DNA of 64,000 bases, taken from contig MNCI01000596.1 of the NCBI GenBank assembly GCA_015680685.1, positions 810,612-874,611 on the forward strand, written 5' to 3'. The stretch is from Gnetum montanum (taxonomy: Eukaryota > Plantae > Gnetophyta). The translations under genes were made by a program, and so were the position numbers. Positions 49,283-63,205 of this stretch are shown piece by piece; within the stretch, counting starts at the first letter, position 1, and every line of letters starts with the position of its first letter. The notes under the pieces were generated by a model that saw only the letters and a program-made list of their open reading frames with translations, was not told the origin of the DNA and ran no database searches.

Positions 49283-52025
49283 TCATGTAGTTCCTGGTGG
49301 TGGTGGCTCCTCCATTGGTGCTTTCCCTTTGTCTTGTGCTCTAGGTTTTGAGACTTGATGGCATTGGAGTATGGCCTGGAGCTTCTCCTCTTTGGTTCGG
49401 GGATCCTATGCCATCAATGGTAATATTCCAATGTTTGACGGAGTCGGGACCTCCCACAGATAGGGTAGTTGCGGAAACATTTGATTGGCCTTGATATACC
49501 AAGCTACAAACACCCGACGTTCCTATTCGTAGGCTCTAGCTTTATCTTTGTATTCCTGGAAGTTCGCAAGCTGTTGAGCGAAATCTACTGCAATACCTTT
49601 TTGGCCTTGGTAGCTTGCTTTTACCACCTCAAGTTTAGAATTTGTGACCTCCAATTTTTCCAATAACTTCTTGCGTTCTAAAAATTTTGCTTCATATTTA
49701 ACATAGGTGGTTTCTACCTATTACGCGGGCTCTTTCCTCTGGTGCCTTGCTGTTAACATGGCGAGTTTGGCATACCGTAGGTTTGTCAACTCCATGTATT
49801 ATATCAGATCCTGAATCTGCAGGTCCCAGTTCTTAACTTCCGCTTGGTGGGCAAAAGCATATGTGTCCAATATGGCCTACCAGTTAGTGTGTTGAGCACT
49901 AATAGCATTGATGTGGGCCTTGGCCATATGGATCTCCTTCTCAAGGATCTACTTGTACATCCCCACCTGATCTTGAAAGTGCTCCTTTAGTGTTTCATGT
50001 TGTTTAGTCTCATTTTTCCACAAGCTTATTTCAATAGTTGTCTTCTGGTGAATTGCGTCTACCTCCTCCATTGAGAGGGTTCTATTCTCCCTGGCTAAAT
50101 GACTTATGTCTTGGTTGACCTAAATGAATTGTTCTCACAATTTATGAAATTGTTCCTCAAGAACATTCTTTTGCTTTTCCATAGTCGTCAACCAAAGGTT
50201 ATCGAAAATGAGCTATTTATTTTCTTCCTGTAAGGAGTTGAGTGCCTTAATATGTGCATGAGTTTGCACTTGTGCTGCAGAGGCATCCCAAAAAACCTTC
50301 TCCTTTTCATCGGCCACCTTTTTATTCTCTGCTATTAGCTTGGTTAGTTGCTCAATTTTGAAATTATCTAGCTGTTCTGCGAGAAAAAATTGCAAAGGAT
50401 CCTGCTGTGCTACTTGTAATTTCTGCACTTCTACTTCAGTATGCTCAACCCTCACCTTTGTTAAGACCAGCTTCCCCTTCATGGAAATGAGGCCTAACTA
50501 AATTACCGTAACATCTTGAGGGATGTCAAATAGGGACATCATTACTTACCCTTTTTTGAGCGATCGATCAATCGGATCCTCATGTTTTGCAGGAGTCATT
50601 GAGGTTCTGGCCAAAATTTGAGCATCCCGTGCTCTTGTGAGATCTATTGGTGACACAACAGGTACATTGAATGATTCTTTGATGTGGTCTACGACCACAT
50701 CTATGGCTCCCGTGGTACCCTAGTATTGCATGACCACCATAGTGGCCCCTTCACCAGTTTCTAATTGCACTTGGAAAGCTATCATGTTTCCCGAGATCTG
50801 TTGTGACCAAACATTTCCCCCTCATCCTATTTGAATAGATACTTCACCCCTTGTGTGATCCAAAGAAACAGTGGGCTGAATGGCATCATTAATTATGCAG
50901 AAGAGATTTGCGTCATCATGACTCCCCCAATTGACTGTCTTAGCGATGGCCCTGAGATGGTTCATCGACGGTCTATAGTCTTGCGGCAGCAGCTGATCCT
51001 AGCCTATGCTAGGCCCTGCTTCCTATTGTTGGGTGGGTCCTATGCTTGGAGGTTGACTGGGTTTTGCAAGTTGAGTTGTAGTTTTTCCAGCCGTCTGTTC
51101 TTCTTCTTCTTCTGGTCCTAATGTCTCATCAGTAATTTTCCTCATAGCTGGTGGCTTTAATAACTTAGCATAGGAAGCATTTTGGGCTTTTTGGAAGACA
51201 TCATTGGTGTATCCTCTGATACCATCATGTTGGCAAAGCTTTCTAATAAGAAAAAGGAAAGGCAATGTCATCTTCCTTGTCTTCCATTCCTCGAACTGCC
51301 TTAGGATCTCCGTTAAATATAGATGGGGTAGGTTAGCATTAACCTTTCCCATTAGCACTACACATTCTTTTTAAGCCCTTCATGGGGAAGAGGTGATATG
51401 TTCCAATTTTAAAGTAGATCCTCTCTTTCGTCGTCAACTCACCAAATGTCTTTTTTCTACCATAAGCCCTTTCCAACTAATTTCGTCACACATCAGGGTC
51501 TAAAAAGGTGGATAACTAAGCAACTTTTGGCCCTATATTCAGAAGGTTTAACACTTTCGAAATGGCTTGTGCGAAGAAATCAACTGTCACACCATAAATA
51601 TTGATAGTGGTGCCTTGCTCTCTATTGTGCCAAAACTGGTATGTCTCCCCTAGGTACCAAGCACTGCTTTCAGAGAGGGTAGGCCATAAGGGATACCTTT
51701 TGAGATGATCCCTAATGGCCTCAGGAGTAAGCTTTTCAAAATATTCAAAGTTCAATTCCACAATCACCATAGTGAATGTGGGATTTTCATGGATGGCATG
51801 AACACAATCTTGGGAAAACTTGAGATGTTATCCATGTTCAAGCACTGCAGCAATTCCTCCTTCTTCCTACTCGGACTATATGGTAGGAGGGTCCTTTTGA
51901 TGAATACTGAATGATTTCTCCTCTTGTTCTACATGTTGTTTGGTAGGATCTTGTCTTCCACCTCTCCTAGGTTGTTTTCTTCCACCTTGAGTAGGACCTT
52001 CCTTTTGTCCACGTTTTGGGGCCAT
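49283..52025 (-). pseudogene. B2 ORF2 (Transposase_32-like plus coiled coil)
   Basis: TTGCAG|ATG, AWYLGETYQFWHN and LPFLFLIRKLC. Ends DKGKAPMEEPPPPGTT*. Confidence 0.8.
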
Positions 52026-53908
52026 CTGCAATCACATGGGCCAAGCATTAGTTAGGTTGTTTTTGAAATTAAGGTATACCTTACTACTTACCTTAATTAA
52101 TTAATTTTTTTATCTTCGTGTGATCTTGCTTGAAAGATTATAATAATGAGTCCATTTTACTTAGGTGGTTTCCAATTTTAATCTCCCAGTGTACCTAAAG
52201 GATTAAATGATTTTTTGGTATGTTTTATTCTTAATTTACAACTAATTACCCTTAATAATGTCCTTTGGGTGATGATAAATTCCAAAAAATTTAGGCTCTA
52301 TTCGGTAGGTGTCCCTCCCCCACGACTGAGCTGAACACTCTAGGTTCAAGCAAGTTCAGACAGAATTCAAATCGAAGTACCAGTGAGCAAGATAGAGGTT
52401 GAGAAGCAAAGGTGTCACACTCGCAAGTTGTAGAGAAAAATTTGAAAAACTCCTCTATGTGAATGATGAGAAATGATGCTAAGTGTTACAGGGGGATCAT
52501 CTATTTATAGGTGGACACGACGCAATATCGCGTACGATACATCGTGTACACAATATCACGGCCCTAGTAATATGAGGTACAACAAAAATACCAAATTTTT
52601 AAAAGATTTTTCAAAAATAAATGGTGTAAATTAGGACATTGGGTTATTATGAAGGGGTTCTAAGGTAATTAGATGGTCTTGAAGGCATGAATAATTATGA
52701 TGGTGTGGAAATGATCAATAAAATCTTAGGTGGTAGAGAAAAAAGCTATGTGATTATACATAGGAACAGTGAAATTCATAGGGGTAATAATAATAGGGAA
52801 AGAATGTTATGAAAAATAAGCTGAGGGTAAGAGATGGTAGGTGTGAGCTGTGTCATAAGTAAAGATTACAAAAAATTACACAAGTGGATCCTCCCCAAAG
52901 CAGGTTCCAACCTATAATGCCCTTGTGTAACCACACCTAAAGCGTCCGTGGGTACTAGAAGGCTTAAATGTAATCCGCACTAATTTCACAAAACACACAT
53001 ATGTAAGTATCACCGGAATGAGGTAAGAATTCTATGTTACACATGACATGAGCTACAATTACACGAATAATGAGATGAGACAAACTATAGAAAGGGATTG
53101 TAGAGATTGGGACATGAGGTAACTGACCCAGGGCACAGTGAATCCTGCGTGTAAAGCATGATTAATGTGCTATTAACCCATTGTTCCAAGATCAGGACCA
53201 AGTCCATTCCTCTAATCAGTGACATCGCATTGTTTCATCCCATGATGAGCAACTATGAGAGTACCATTACAACAAGGCATACAATCACTTAGTGTTTTGT
53301 TCGAGGGAGGAGTGATTTTTGTTTTGTGGCACTTCCCTTTTTTTTTTGAAGTACTAAATCTAGAGAAGTTGCCAACCTTCAGGCATGGGTGCATGTCTTT
53401 CCAGTGGGGCCCCCTAGAACAACATTGGATTTTTAAGTTCCTTTTGATTACTCTTACTCCCATTTGCATTAGATCTACAAGGATCTTAGTACAACCATAT
53501 TGCATGATAACTCCCACAGACGTTACCAAAGAGAATCCACAAGTCCCCTTGATGTCACACCCTAATCATTTCCTCTTGGTCCATCCTTCATCATTCTAGG
53601 TACAATGAACAAAAAATTAATTTTAAGTTTTAAGAATGTCAAGAATATCATTGTACCCTCAAACAGAACCTCATATTTGTAGAATGGATGAGTGGATGTA
53701 ATGAGCTCACTATCCAAATAATTGATTGCTCGAGACTCGATAACATAGAACACACCTCAACCAACGATCCACATGAGTGTTTTATTCATAGACGAGATTA
53801 CTTATAAAAATGTAAAAAGACAAAAAGACAAAAAGATAAAACAAGAAATTGAAAACTGAAAAACTGGAAAACAAAAATTGAAAAATTAAAGAAAATGAAA
53901 AAAATTTA

Positions 53909-55907
53909 TTAATCCTGCTTGTTGCTAGAATGGGGGATATCCCCCATAACTAAATGGTTGAGGATGGAAAGGATTAATAAATGGAAAATGAGGATCCTTG
54001 CATGTTGGAAATGTTTGGACGTGGTCATAGTTACCCCATCGGGGTTCACACACCTGATTATAGTAAGCATAGTAGGGCAATTTGTAAGACGTGTTTCTTG
54101 GGTAAAGATTTGACCCACTATGATGTTTGTGACCGTAAGATGGTATGCAAGGATCGGGATTTTGCCTTCCATGCCTGCGTTCATTGGGCTATATGGTTGT
54201 TGGAGTGTTGGTTGGTGGCCCTGATGAAGTAACATGAGGCATTGGGTTCGAAAAGAAGGGTGCACCACAGTGTGGGACTTATGTTGAGTTGGAGGATGCA
54301 GTGGCCTTGAAATTGTGTTGTCCTTTCCTAGGGTCATTTCTAAAGAAGGGACATATTTGATGTTGTTGAGGTCTATCACTGCTATTGGAAATAGTAGCAC
54401 AAGTAGCATTCATGGGTTGTTGCTATGGTGCAGATACCTTAGGAATAGTTGGTGGAAATGTAGAAGGAGGGAAAGGATGAGAATGTTGAAAATTGGGAGA
54501 AGTGTAAGATGCACATGGTGGTGGTGGTGTGGAGGACTTGGCCTGATAGTATTGTGGAGAATGGTAATGTGGTGAGATAGAGTATGTTGGCCCAGTTGGA
54601 GAAATAGGATGTTGAACTAGATAAGCATTTGGATTTGGATAATATAAAGGATGTCTCCAGTTTAGGGGTGGATTCCCCCATGACTGGGATTGTTGCCACT
54701 GTGATCGAACACAGTATCTTTGTATGAGCTTTGGATGTAATGTGCTTCCCCAATGCTTATATAAATGTAACAAGACTGGGAATTGGCCCTTGGGGTTATC
54801 GTACAGGCATATGTTGCATTCATACGTATGATTGGCAATTGAGCTCTTATTTTCTTTATTCCTTCTTTCCGATTGTCTAGTGTTTTATCCTACTTCTTGG
54901 GTTGTCAAAACTCTATCTCTAATGATGTTGATAAATTCTCCACACTTTTTATACATCCATTCCAACATCTTATTAATATTTGCCTCAACTTCTTCTAATG
55001 ATTGTTGTACTGGAAAAGAGGGTTCTTCCACCTTAAGATTGGTTGATTTCTCCTTTTTATGATTATGGACCTTTGTTAAGTTGAGATTTTGGTCCCGTTG
55101 ATGTTTCTCAACACTCTCCCATCTAGCCAATTCTCCTTCTTCTTTTGCTACCCGCTTAACAAGCTCTTGGACTTGATGGGTTCATAGTTTGTATAATTGA
55201 CCTTGGGCATACATCCCTAGGATTTCTCTTGTTGCATTAAAAAGCCCATCAATGATATGGTACATTAGCCTTTCCTCAGAAAACCCATGGCCTAGACAGT
55301 TGTTTAATAGTGCATAATATCTTTCTAAGGCCATGTCCAAGGGTTCATGTTTTTCTTGTTTACACTCTTGGATTTGTTTCCTCAAGGTTGACACTCTTGC
55401 ATAGGTTTGATATCTTTCATTAAAGAGTTCTACCATTTTTGGCCAGCTTCGTATTGAATTTGGTTTTAACGATCTATACCATACTTTTGCTTGGCCAACG
55501 AGTGTCATATGAAAGAGCTTAAGTTTTTGCCACTCGTTATCAATGTTATATCATGTGTAGGCATCGTAGAAGGCTTGTAAATGTTGATGCGGATCTAATT
55601 CATAGCCTCCTGAAAAATTGAAAAAGTTGTTTAAATTGAGCTTGGGTAGACAGCTCTCTTTACGATGCCTATGTGAGATTCGAACAGCCTCTTGTATTTG
55701 CGTTAAGCTTGTAGTGGCCAGCGGGGCTTCATCGTCATCTTGTAAGTTATGCTTCCATGCGTTGGGATGATGTTGCTTTTGTTTATGTTTATAAGAAACC
55801 CCCACCTTAGGTTGCGTACTCCAATCTTCATCGTCATATAGTTCATTGGTTCTCCAATGAACTTCCTCACTAGATGTGGCATTATCGTAATCTTGTAGGA
55901 GAGGCAT
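53909..55907 (-). pseudogene. B2 gag
   Basis: YELDPHQHLQAFYDA, MTLVGQAKVWYRSLKPNSIRSWPKMVELFNERY and a zinc-knuckle remnant near 54780-54820. Confidence 0.88.
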
Positions 55908-56029
55908 GGTTGTGAAGTTGTATGTGAATTTACATGTGACTTTTTATAATTATTTCTTTCCAAAAGATATATTGTTAATTCCTTTATAGTGACCTTGTAT
56001 GATATAACTATTCTAGGTAACTAGCACTG

Positions 56030-56047
56030 TCCATGGCAACAGTGCCA
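56030..56047 (-). promoter_or_regulatory. B2 primer-binding site (tRNA-Asp type)
   Basis: TGGCACTGTTGCCATGGA on minus, 1 nt from the LTR. Confidence 0.8.
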
Positions 56048-56048
56048 A

Positions 56049-56890
56049 TGATGAGTGGCGAGGTACCCCTACACTCAACCATACGAATATGAGCATTACA
56101 TGCACGATTCGGTTGAACTCCGCAGATGGACTAGTTGTGGCATCTAGACAATTAGCCTTAGGTCACAGTTTGCTGTCTTTCCACCTGGACTAGTATTATC
56201 TTTTTCACGTATGGTTTAGTCCAGAGTGAGGTGTATGATGGGTTTCTAATCTGATGCTACTCTTGAAGGCAATGGAAAGTAATATTAACTAAGCTAGGAG
56301 AGAAGGGTGAGAGAATCTAATCTAGCCTAAATTTGATTAGCATCCATTCCTTGATTATTTGTACACATCTTGGACTTCATGCACAACTACCACTGGGATT
56401 ACCAAGTGTAGATCCTAGGTACGCTACTGGGTTACCAAGCAGTCACACTTAAATGCTCATAATCAAGTCATACTCATTCTGCATTTTAACATGAGTTAAG
56501 GGTGAGAGAGATTAATTAGGAAAGCAGTAATTAAAAATTAATTAAATGATTAAACTAAGTGAATGCTGTAATGATGAAGTAATCTCAATCTTTATTGCTG
56601 GTCATGTGCATGTCCAAGTACGTCACACTCGAATAAAGGATGTTGTACAATTACAATCACCACACTGTGGGCATACACAGAAGAGGAAAAGGGTTGAGAG
56701 AAAGAAATGAAAACACTTAAACTAAAACTAAGTTTAAAACTTAGAACTTATTTCCTAATCTTTATACCTCTTATTTATAGATGAGGAGATAGGCCACAAT
56801 ATCACGTGTGCAATATCATGATTGGGCTGTGATATCGCAGATGCGATATCGCGACTGTGACATCACGGTCGCCCAAATGAAGACTCATAA
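56049..56890 (-). repeat. B2 5' LTR (842 bp)
   Basis: Repeat of 48306-49118. Confidence 0.95.
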
Positions 56891-59800
56891 GACTTGAAAC
56901 ATGTCACTATTGTTAGCCTGATTTGATCAACCAGGCCAAGCTTGTCAACAACGGGGAATGGGATAACATTGGTTATCACCCCATCATCAATGTGCACCCT
57001 ATGAATTTTGTATTCACCTACATGAGTCATTATGAACATGGGTGTAGTGGTTACCTGACCCTTTTCATGGTCAACTTTGACTACCTCATCACAAAATGTC
57101 AATGGTGTTTCCCTTGACTCTTTGGTTGCAGGTGGGAGCATTATGGCATGAATGGCCTTTTCATCTACTAGAATATCTTCCTTAATAGGAATAAATGCTA
57201 GCATGTCAACCAAGGCCTTGCAATGAGCAGGAGAAGTTATAATCAAGTCGTACAAGATCAAAGTTGTATTTTTTTATTTTAAAGACTACTTAACTTGTGC
57301 CAATGCATCTAAAGAATCTTTTCCACCATTCATTATTTTGGTGGTCTTTACCTCATCCATTCATCCTAAGGTACAGATCTCTCAGGAAGGAGATTTATTT
57401 TTGGGTTGTACCATGGGCCTTCGAGCCTTGGCGCTTGCCTATTGACTATTCATGTTTGCATTGGTGGCCTAAGATGATGAGGCCATGGGGATGGCTGATA
57501 AGAGGATAGACTTAGGAGGACCTAGCTCCATGCACTCCCTAGTCATCTTATTAGCTAGACACTCATCACATCTCTTTAGGTAGGCAGGTCATGATGCAAT
57601 TCCCACCACCAAACAGGTAGATGGGGGATCCACAGGTTTTGGCATCCTAATGATAAAAGGTGTCTGGATTGCCATCATCGCAATGTGCTTTTGGGCTCTA
57701 ACCATAAAGGATGTTATGGACATCCAAGGTGGTGCCTTTATGACAAAAAGGAACTATGGTCTAGTCGACATTAAGACCCCAGTGTCACTAGAGGGCACAT
57801 GAACTACAAATGGTTCATGTGCCAACTCTGCATTATCATCAATTCTAATAGCATTGATGATGTGACCTACACCACTAGCATTGAGTAGGTCCTTGTAGAC
57901 CTTCATGAACTAGTTCTCCAACTAGATAGAATTGCGTTCATCAAGGACTAGTTTGCCTTGATCATTCATGCATTGAATGTCATCTTTCAACGCCAAGTAG
58001 CAATCCGTGTCATGGCCATGCAACTGATGATAGTTGCAGAAATAATCCAATCTGAAGTTCTTAGGGACCAGAGGCTCATTTGGCATAGCTGCAAAATGAT
58101 TTTTGAGGACCTCACAGTGCCTCTCATGGCGTTTCCATACATCCTCCAATGTTTGTTTGTGTTGAATGCACCCAGCACTAAGTAGTTGATCTAGGAGCTC
58201 TGATAGCTTGATGGGTAAGGCAATGTACTTTTAGTGATCCTTACACTCAAATTTTGACCTTTGGGGAGCTTGGCTTACGGCTATCAATGATGTAGGCTAG
58301 TTGGTTTCCATAGTGCCAGAACATGATGCCTTTTTGTTGGCCAGGACTTTCGGCGTCTTGGCCACTAGCTTGTTGTTCTTGGGTTTGGATTCATAAGCCA
58401 TAGTTGCAATGGTTGTTATATCCTTCCCCTTTTCTTTATCCTTTTTTATATGTGAATTTTTGTAGGCCACATAGGCCAGGTCCTTAATGGCTTCTACCAT
58501 GTCTTGTATGCTCTTTGTTTGAGCAAAAGCTTGGCTAAGAGAGCATGGGGCTATATAGTAAAACTTCAACTTAATAAAATCATTTACTATGCCCTTGAAG
58601 ATAGCCACCAGGTGGGTTTTGGTTATCGACTCACAAATTTCATTGAGGGAAGCACTCCAACATTGTATGAAGTTTTGCACCAGCTCTAATGCCCCTTTTT
58701 TGATGTTCATCAGTTGGTCTAAAGTGGTTTTGGGCTTCAAGTTGTACTTGAAACAAGTCATAAACTAGCTTAGTAGCTCCTCTAAAGTTGAAATGGAAGC
58801 TCTAGGGAGTGCATAATACCAATTGATAGCTTTACTAGCTAAAGGCATGGAAAAGATATGGATGATTGTGTGTAGTCACTCTTGCAATAGCAGGTACTTT
58901 GAATGGAAAGTAACCAAGTGGGCATTTGGATCCCCTTCATTGTTGTACTTTGTAAGTTGGGGGAGTTGGACCCTAGGAGGTAATGTGAGTGGTGGGACTG
59001 CAGGGCTAATGGGATCATCTTGATAGAAGTCCATTACATGGACTATTATCGAGTTGGCTGCTTTAAGCCACCTAACCTCCTCTGTGAGAGTTTGGATGAG
59101 TTGGAACACTTGATCCACACTCAGATATGTCATAGAGGGTTTCATTGGTTGTGCTGCTTGTGGTGCTATTGAAGCAGCCCACAACCCTATTATGGGTTGT
59201 GCCACCACATGTGATGCTTAGTGAGTTTGTTGTTGTATGTATTGTAGCATGTGTGACAGTTGTACCATGGGTATAGAGGTTATGGCCCACCACATGGTTG
59301 AGGCTAGGGCTATTGTTGATGATGGCACTGAGATGGCTGGGATAAAGAGCATGTGACTTGTCTATGGCTGCGACATGGGCATGGTGTGCACATATGGTAG
59401 CATTGGTGTCATGGATGCTAGCAGGGAAGGCTGTATAGAATATGAAGAGATGACAAAGGGGAAAGAAGTAGAAGCTCCTGCACTTTGTTGTGTAGGCAAG
59501 ACTTGGTGGCTAGCTACCATAGGTGGGGACTTAGGCTACAAAAGTGTCATAGCTACCTTAAAGAAGGTAGAGGACTATGACTGGTGCAGCATGAAAATGG
59601 AGGTAAGCTGTTGGGCTGAGACATAGAATGGGATACCACTATCAAAATAGAACTCAAACTCCTCCTATCCATCCTACAAGGGTGGCCCACTCACCCTAAT
59701 GAGTTGGTCTAAGATCCACTTGAAGTTGGTGAGTGGTATGACCACATTAAGGATGGGAAAGAACTCCCTCTTGTTTCGATGAATGATTTTGAAACTATGC

Positions 59801-60484
59801 TTCACTTCTATTTCTTGGTAGTTTAATGACAAGCCCACCTGGAGCTTTGCACAAAGGAAGTTGTACCATTCATCATCTAGCACCTTGTGTTTAGGCAATT
59901 GGTGACATAGTCTAAGAGACTACTATTGTGGTTGCACAGGGCTGAGCAGTTGCTCAACATCTGCTACATGTGGAATGGGATGAGTCACCTCCATGCTTAG
60001 GGTAGTGGTTGAGGTGTTGAGGGGTTCCTTTCACTATGTAGAAAAAACATGAGAATAGAAGGTGCTAGAAAAAAATGTTAAAATGCACAAAAAAAACATT
60101 AGAAGAAAATGGCTAAGTATGCAAACTATAAAATAGGCCAAAAATGCCTAACTCTAGAAATGTTATGAAAAAATGGCTATCTATGATGTTACGCTCATTA
60201 TGCTCTAAAGGACTATTATGCTTTGAAGGATTACTATGCTTCTCAAAATAGTTAGAGCTTGACATGACAAATAGAGTTAGGCTTTTCATCCTACAAGATT
60301 TCAGGGGAATCAACAACTTAAACCAATCTACACCAACCAAAACATAGACAACTCCTACGTTGGCCTATGATCTAGCTACTATCATGGTAGGTCCACAAGG
60401 GCATTACATCTATGTTAGCTTACTGCTAGTGACAAGGGTGTAGAAAGCACATGGGACTACCCTTGAACACAAAGGAGTGGGAGG

Positions 60485-60501
60485 CCCTCCTTCTAGTGCC
60501 A
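60485..60501 (-). promoter_or_regulatory. D1 primer-binding site (tRNA-Asn type)
   Basis: TGGCACTAGAAGGAGGG on minus after a GTTTT spacer. Confidence 0.85.
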
Positions 60502-60506
60502 AAAAC

Positions 60507-62388
60507 TATAACATCCAAAAACCTTGATGGCTAGAACATCGAGAGGTCTACGGGCATACAACCTAACCTTGAATTTGTGCAAGGGCTATGCTGGGAAAAT
60601 GGAAATAAGGTGCCCTAAATGGTCTAGTCAATTAGATAGGGACTTATGTGGTGTTAAAATGACTATTTGTAAGAAGGGTTTGTGGAGCATTACACGTGGG
60701 CATTGAGACAATAAACCAGAATGTAGCAAAGTGTCTCAGCTTGAAAATAGTGATGTGAGCATGCAAATATGTATTGATGGTAGAGAAATGAAAAATTTAT
60801 GCTTAATATTAGAAGAAAATCCTTAGAAAAGAAATGGAACAAAAGCTTAAGAGTAACGAAATGCACCACCCCAAAACTGGGAAGTGTAACAGGCATAGTG
60901 GCAATGTAGTAATGCAATCATAGTCTCTGGGATGTCTAGGATGTGGAGCTAGTAACTGTAAGAGAGGTTGAACCTGCTAGGTTGACTATTGCTACATTTT
61001 GCAAGTGCAGTGATAGACTACGTCATGGTACTCACCAAGGTGTGAAGCTTAGATGCTCAAATGCAGGAGGGTTGAGGATGCTAGGAATGCTTAAATGCTC
61101 AATGCTCTTTTGATTTGCCAACCCCTAAAGTGCTAAACATTAGGGTATTTATAGAGCTAGGTTTAGCGTGAAACATGGATCGAGCACCATGTGGCATGGG
61201 TGCCATGTGTCATGAACGTAGATAGGATTATGCTAACATGTTATGCTCTCACAAGAGTAGAAAATTGTTATGCTTTGAAGGATAGCAACGGGTACCCAGA
61301 GACTGTTGAACTATGAACACACTACCTGGACTACATGTGCCAAATTTTGAGAGACCACAATGTACCTACAAACAATGTTAAAATAATGCAACTTGAAGAC
61401 TACACTCTGGGACTATGTCTTCCCCCTCTTTTGAGTAGAGTCAAGTGTAGAGACAATTTTGGGGATCAATGGGGGTGTAAAAGAAATGCAAACTACTAAT
61501 CTTGGCTGCTGGAGGGACATTGGAGCTAAAATGAAGGTCGATGTTGAGTTCTAGAGGCTTTTAGAGGCTGTCAAAGGATTTTTCTTGGTGTCAAGATGGC
61601 TACCCTCTAGAGCATAGCACAACACTTAGTAAAATTTTGCAAAATTTTGATTTGCTACACTAGTTACGCTAGCTATGTTGTAAAGTATAGCAAGGACACT
61701 TTGACAAATTTTGATAAAACCAGTAGTTTTCCTCCATGGCACGTTGGCTACGCTCTAGGGCATAGCAAGATAGGTAGCCTTGGAAGCTAAGAAATGTGCC
61801 AAATGCATCTTCCATGTCAAACTAGCTTAACAGATCCTTGTCCAACACTTAGGCAAAATTGAGCACTAAAACTTGGGTCACTCTCGCTACACTGTGTAGC
61901 GTAGCAGCCCAAAAGATAGAAAATTTGCCTAAATTTTTTTTCCATCCTAAGCATTTTTGAGAGACTCTAACTTGGTACTTGGGCAAACTGGCAACTAGGA
62001 CATGTGTCAAGCTGGGTATGCTAGGGAGCATAGCAAGCTTGACAACCTAGGAGATAGAAAATTTGCCAAACTATTTGGTCCATCCCAAGCAACCCTTGAC
62101 CACTTTTGGCTTGACACTTAGGCAAACTAGGTATGGAAGTGTGTGCTGCACTGGCTATGCTGGGGAGCATAGTAGGTAGACTAGGAACGTAGTAGGATAC
62201 TTAGAAAAATTCTCATGAAACTGCCGCTAACACTTAGAAAAATCTTGCAAAAAATTGGGCTGAATGTGTGCTACGTTGTCTACATTGTAGAGTGTAACAC
62301 CAACACATAGAAAAAATTTGCCAAGTTTTGACATTTAGACAAATCTGTTGTTAAACTACAAAAGCCCACCCGAATTGGTGGTGTTTCA
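60507..62388 (-). repeat. D1 5' LTR (1882 bp)
   Basis: Repeat of 16956-18812, followed by TSD AATGC. Confidence 0.92.
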
Positions 62389-63205
62389 AATGCTAGCCTA
62401 AAAGCCTAATTTAGCCAAAATGTTAATTTTAAAAGCTTCCCAAGCTAGATGCTAAACTTCTATATGCTAGGGCCCTGGTCCCACATATTGCCTAGTGTTC
62501 GGGCTAGCGTGTAGAGTTTTCAAAAGTTTATTTTTAGTTTAAACTAGCCCCAAACTTAACTTATTTCATTTTCTAGGCCACTACGCTAATATCAAGTGCT
62601 TATCATAGCTAATAACCAATCGAAAGAGCTTCAAAAGCTAAAATTTTAGTCCCTGCAAGCTAGATACCCACATACCAAAGTGTAAGCCAATGTGTAAGAC
62701 AAGAATAGACTTAGACTTACTTAATAAAGCTCAAAAGTTGTGTAAGAACCTCTCGGAATCCAACACTCTTCTTCAAGACCTGGGTGCTTCTACAGGAGGC
62801 AGAAATGGTGCAAAAACAAGGATATATTGAAGGCAATTGCATAAGAATAAAATAACTGAAAATAAGGATTCACACCCACAGGAGCAGCAACTGCTATCCA
62901 TGCTAAAAACCCCAAGATAAACAAAGATATAGTGAAGGCAATTGCATAAAGAAACAAGGATTAGTTAGAATCATGTGCAGAAGTGCGATAATCTCCAAAT
63001 TCGTTCCTCGTGGGTGGAAAGTGGCTCCCAAGGATATCTGGCGTGACTTTGACTCCTTCTCCGAGTACTTCAATGGTGAGGAATCCTTCAACAACATGGC
63101 TAAGCTAAGGAAGTAGGATTATTCGCAGTCGTAGATAAAATAAAAGAACGCGACGTACTGACGATCAGCATTTGTAGGGAGCAATCATTTTTCCAATGAT
63201 CACAA

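Larger units (their letters stand above)
48306..56890 (-). mobile_element. Element B2: second non-autonomous Athila-like element (gag plus ORF2, no pol)
   Basis: LTRs at 48306-49118 and 56049-56890, TSD GACTT (48301-48305 and 56891-56895), colinear with B1. Confidence 0.95.
47806..60000 (-). pseudogene. D1 gag-protease, split in PR by B2
   Basis: KYNNEGDPNAHLVTF, CNYHQLHGHDTD..LKDDIQ and HRVHIDDGVITNVIP. IVTCFKS|FNGAHVV rejoins across TSD GACTT. Ends VRKHLCD* at 47806. The start is approximate. Confidence 0.9.
16956..62388 (-). mobile_element. Element D1: Tat-like Ty3/gypsy LTR retrotransposon hosting C1 and B2
   Basis: LTRs at 16956-18812 and 60507-62388, TSD AATGC (16951-16955 and 62389-62393), PBS, PPT, gag-PR, antisense gene and RT-RH-aRH-INT. 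Confidence 0.92.
638..62740 (+). mobile_element. Element A1: outer, oldest Tat-like Ty3/gypsy element (internal part only), interrupted by B1 and D1
   Basis: Its gag-PR and antisense gene are homologous to those of C1 and D1. Sequence rejoins across the B1 TSD (GTCCT) and the D1 TSD (AATGC). LTRs and pol are not seen, and the right boundary is approximate. Confidence 0.7.
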
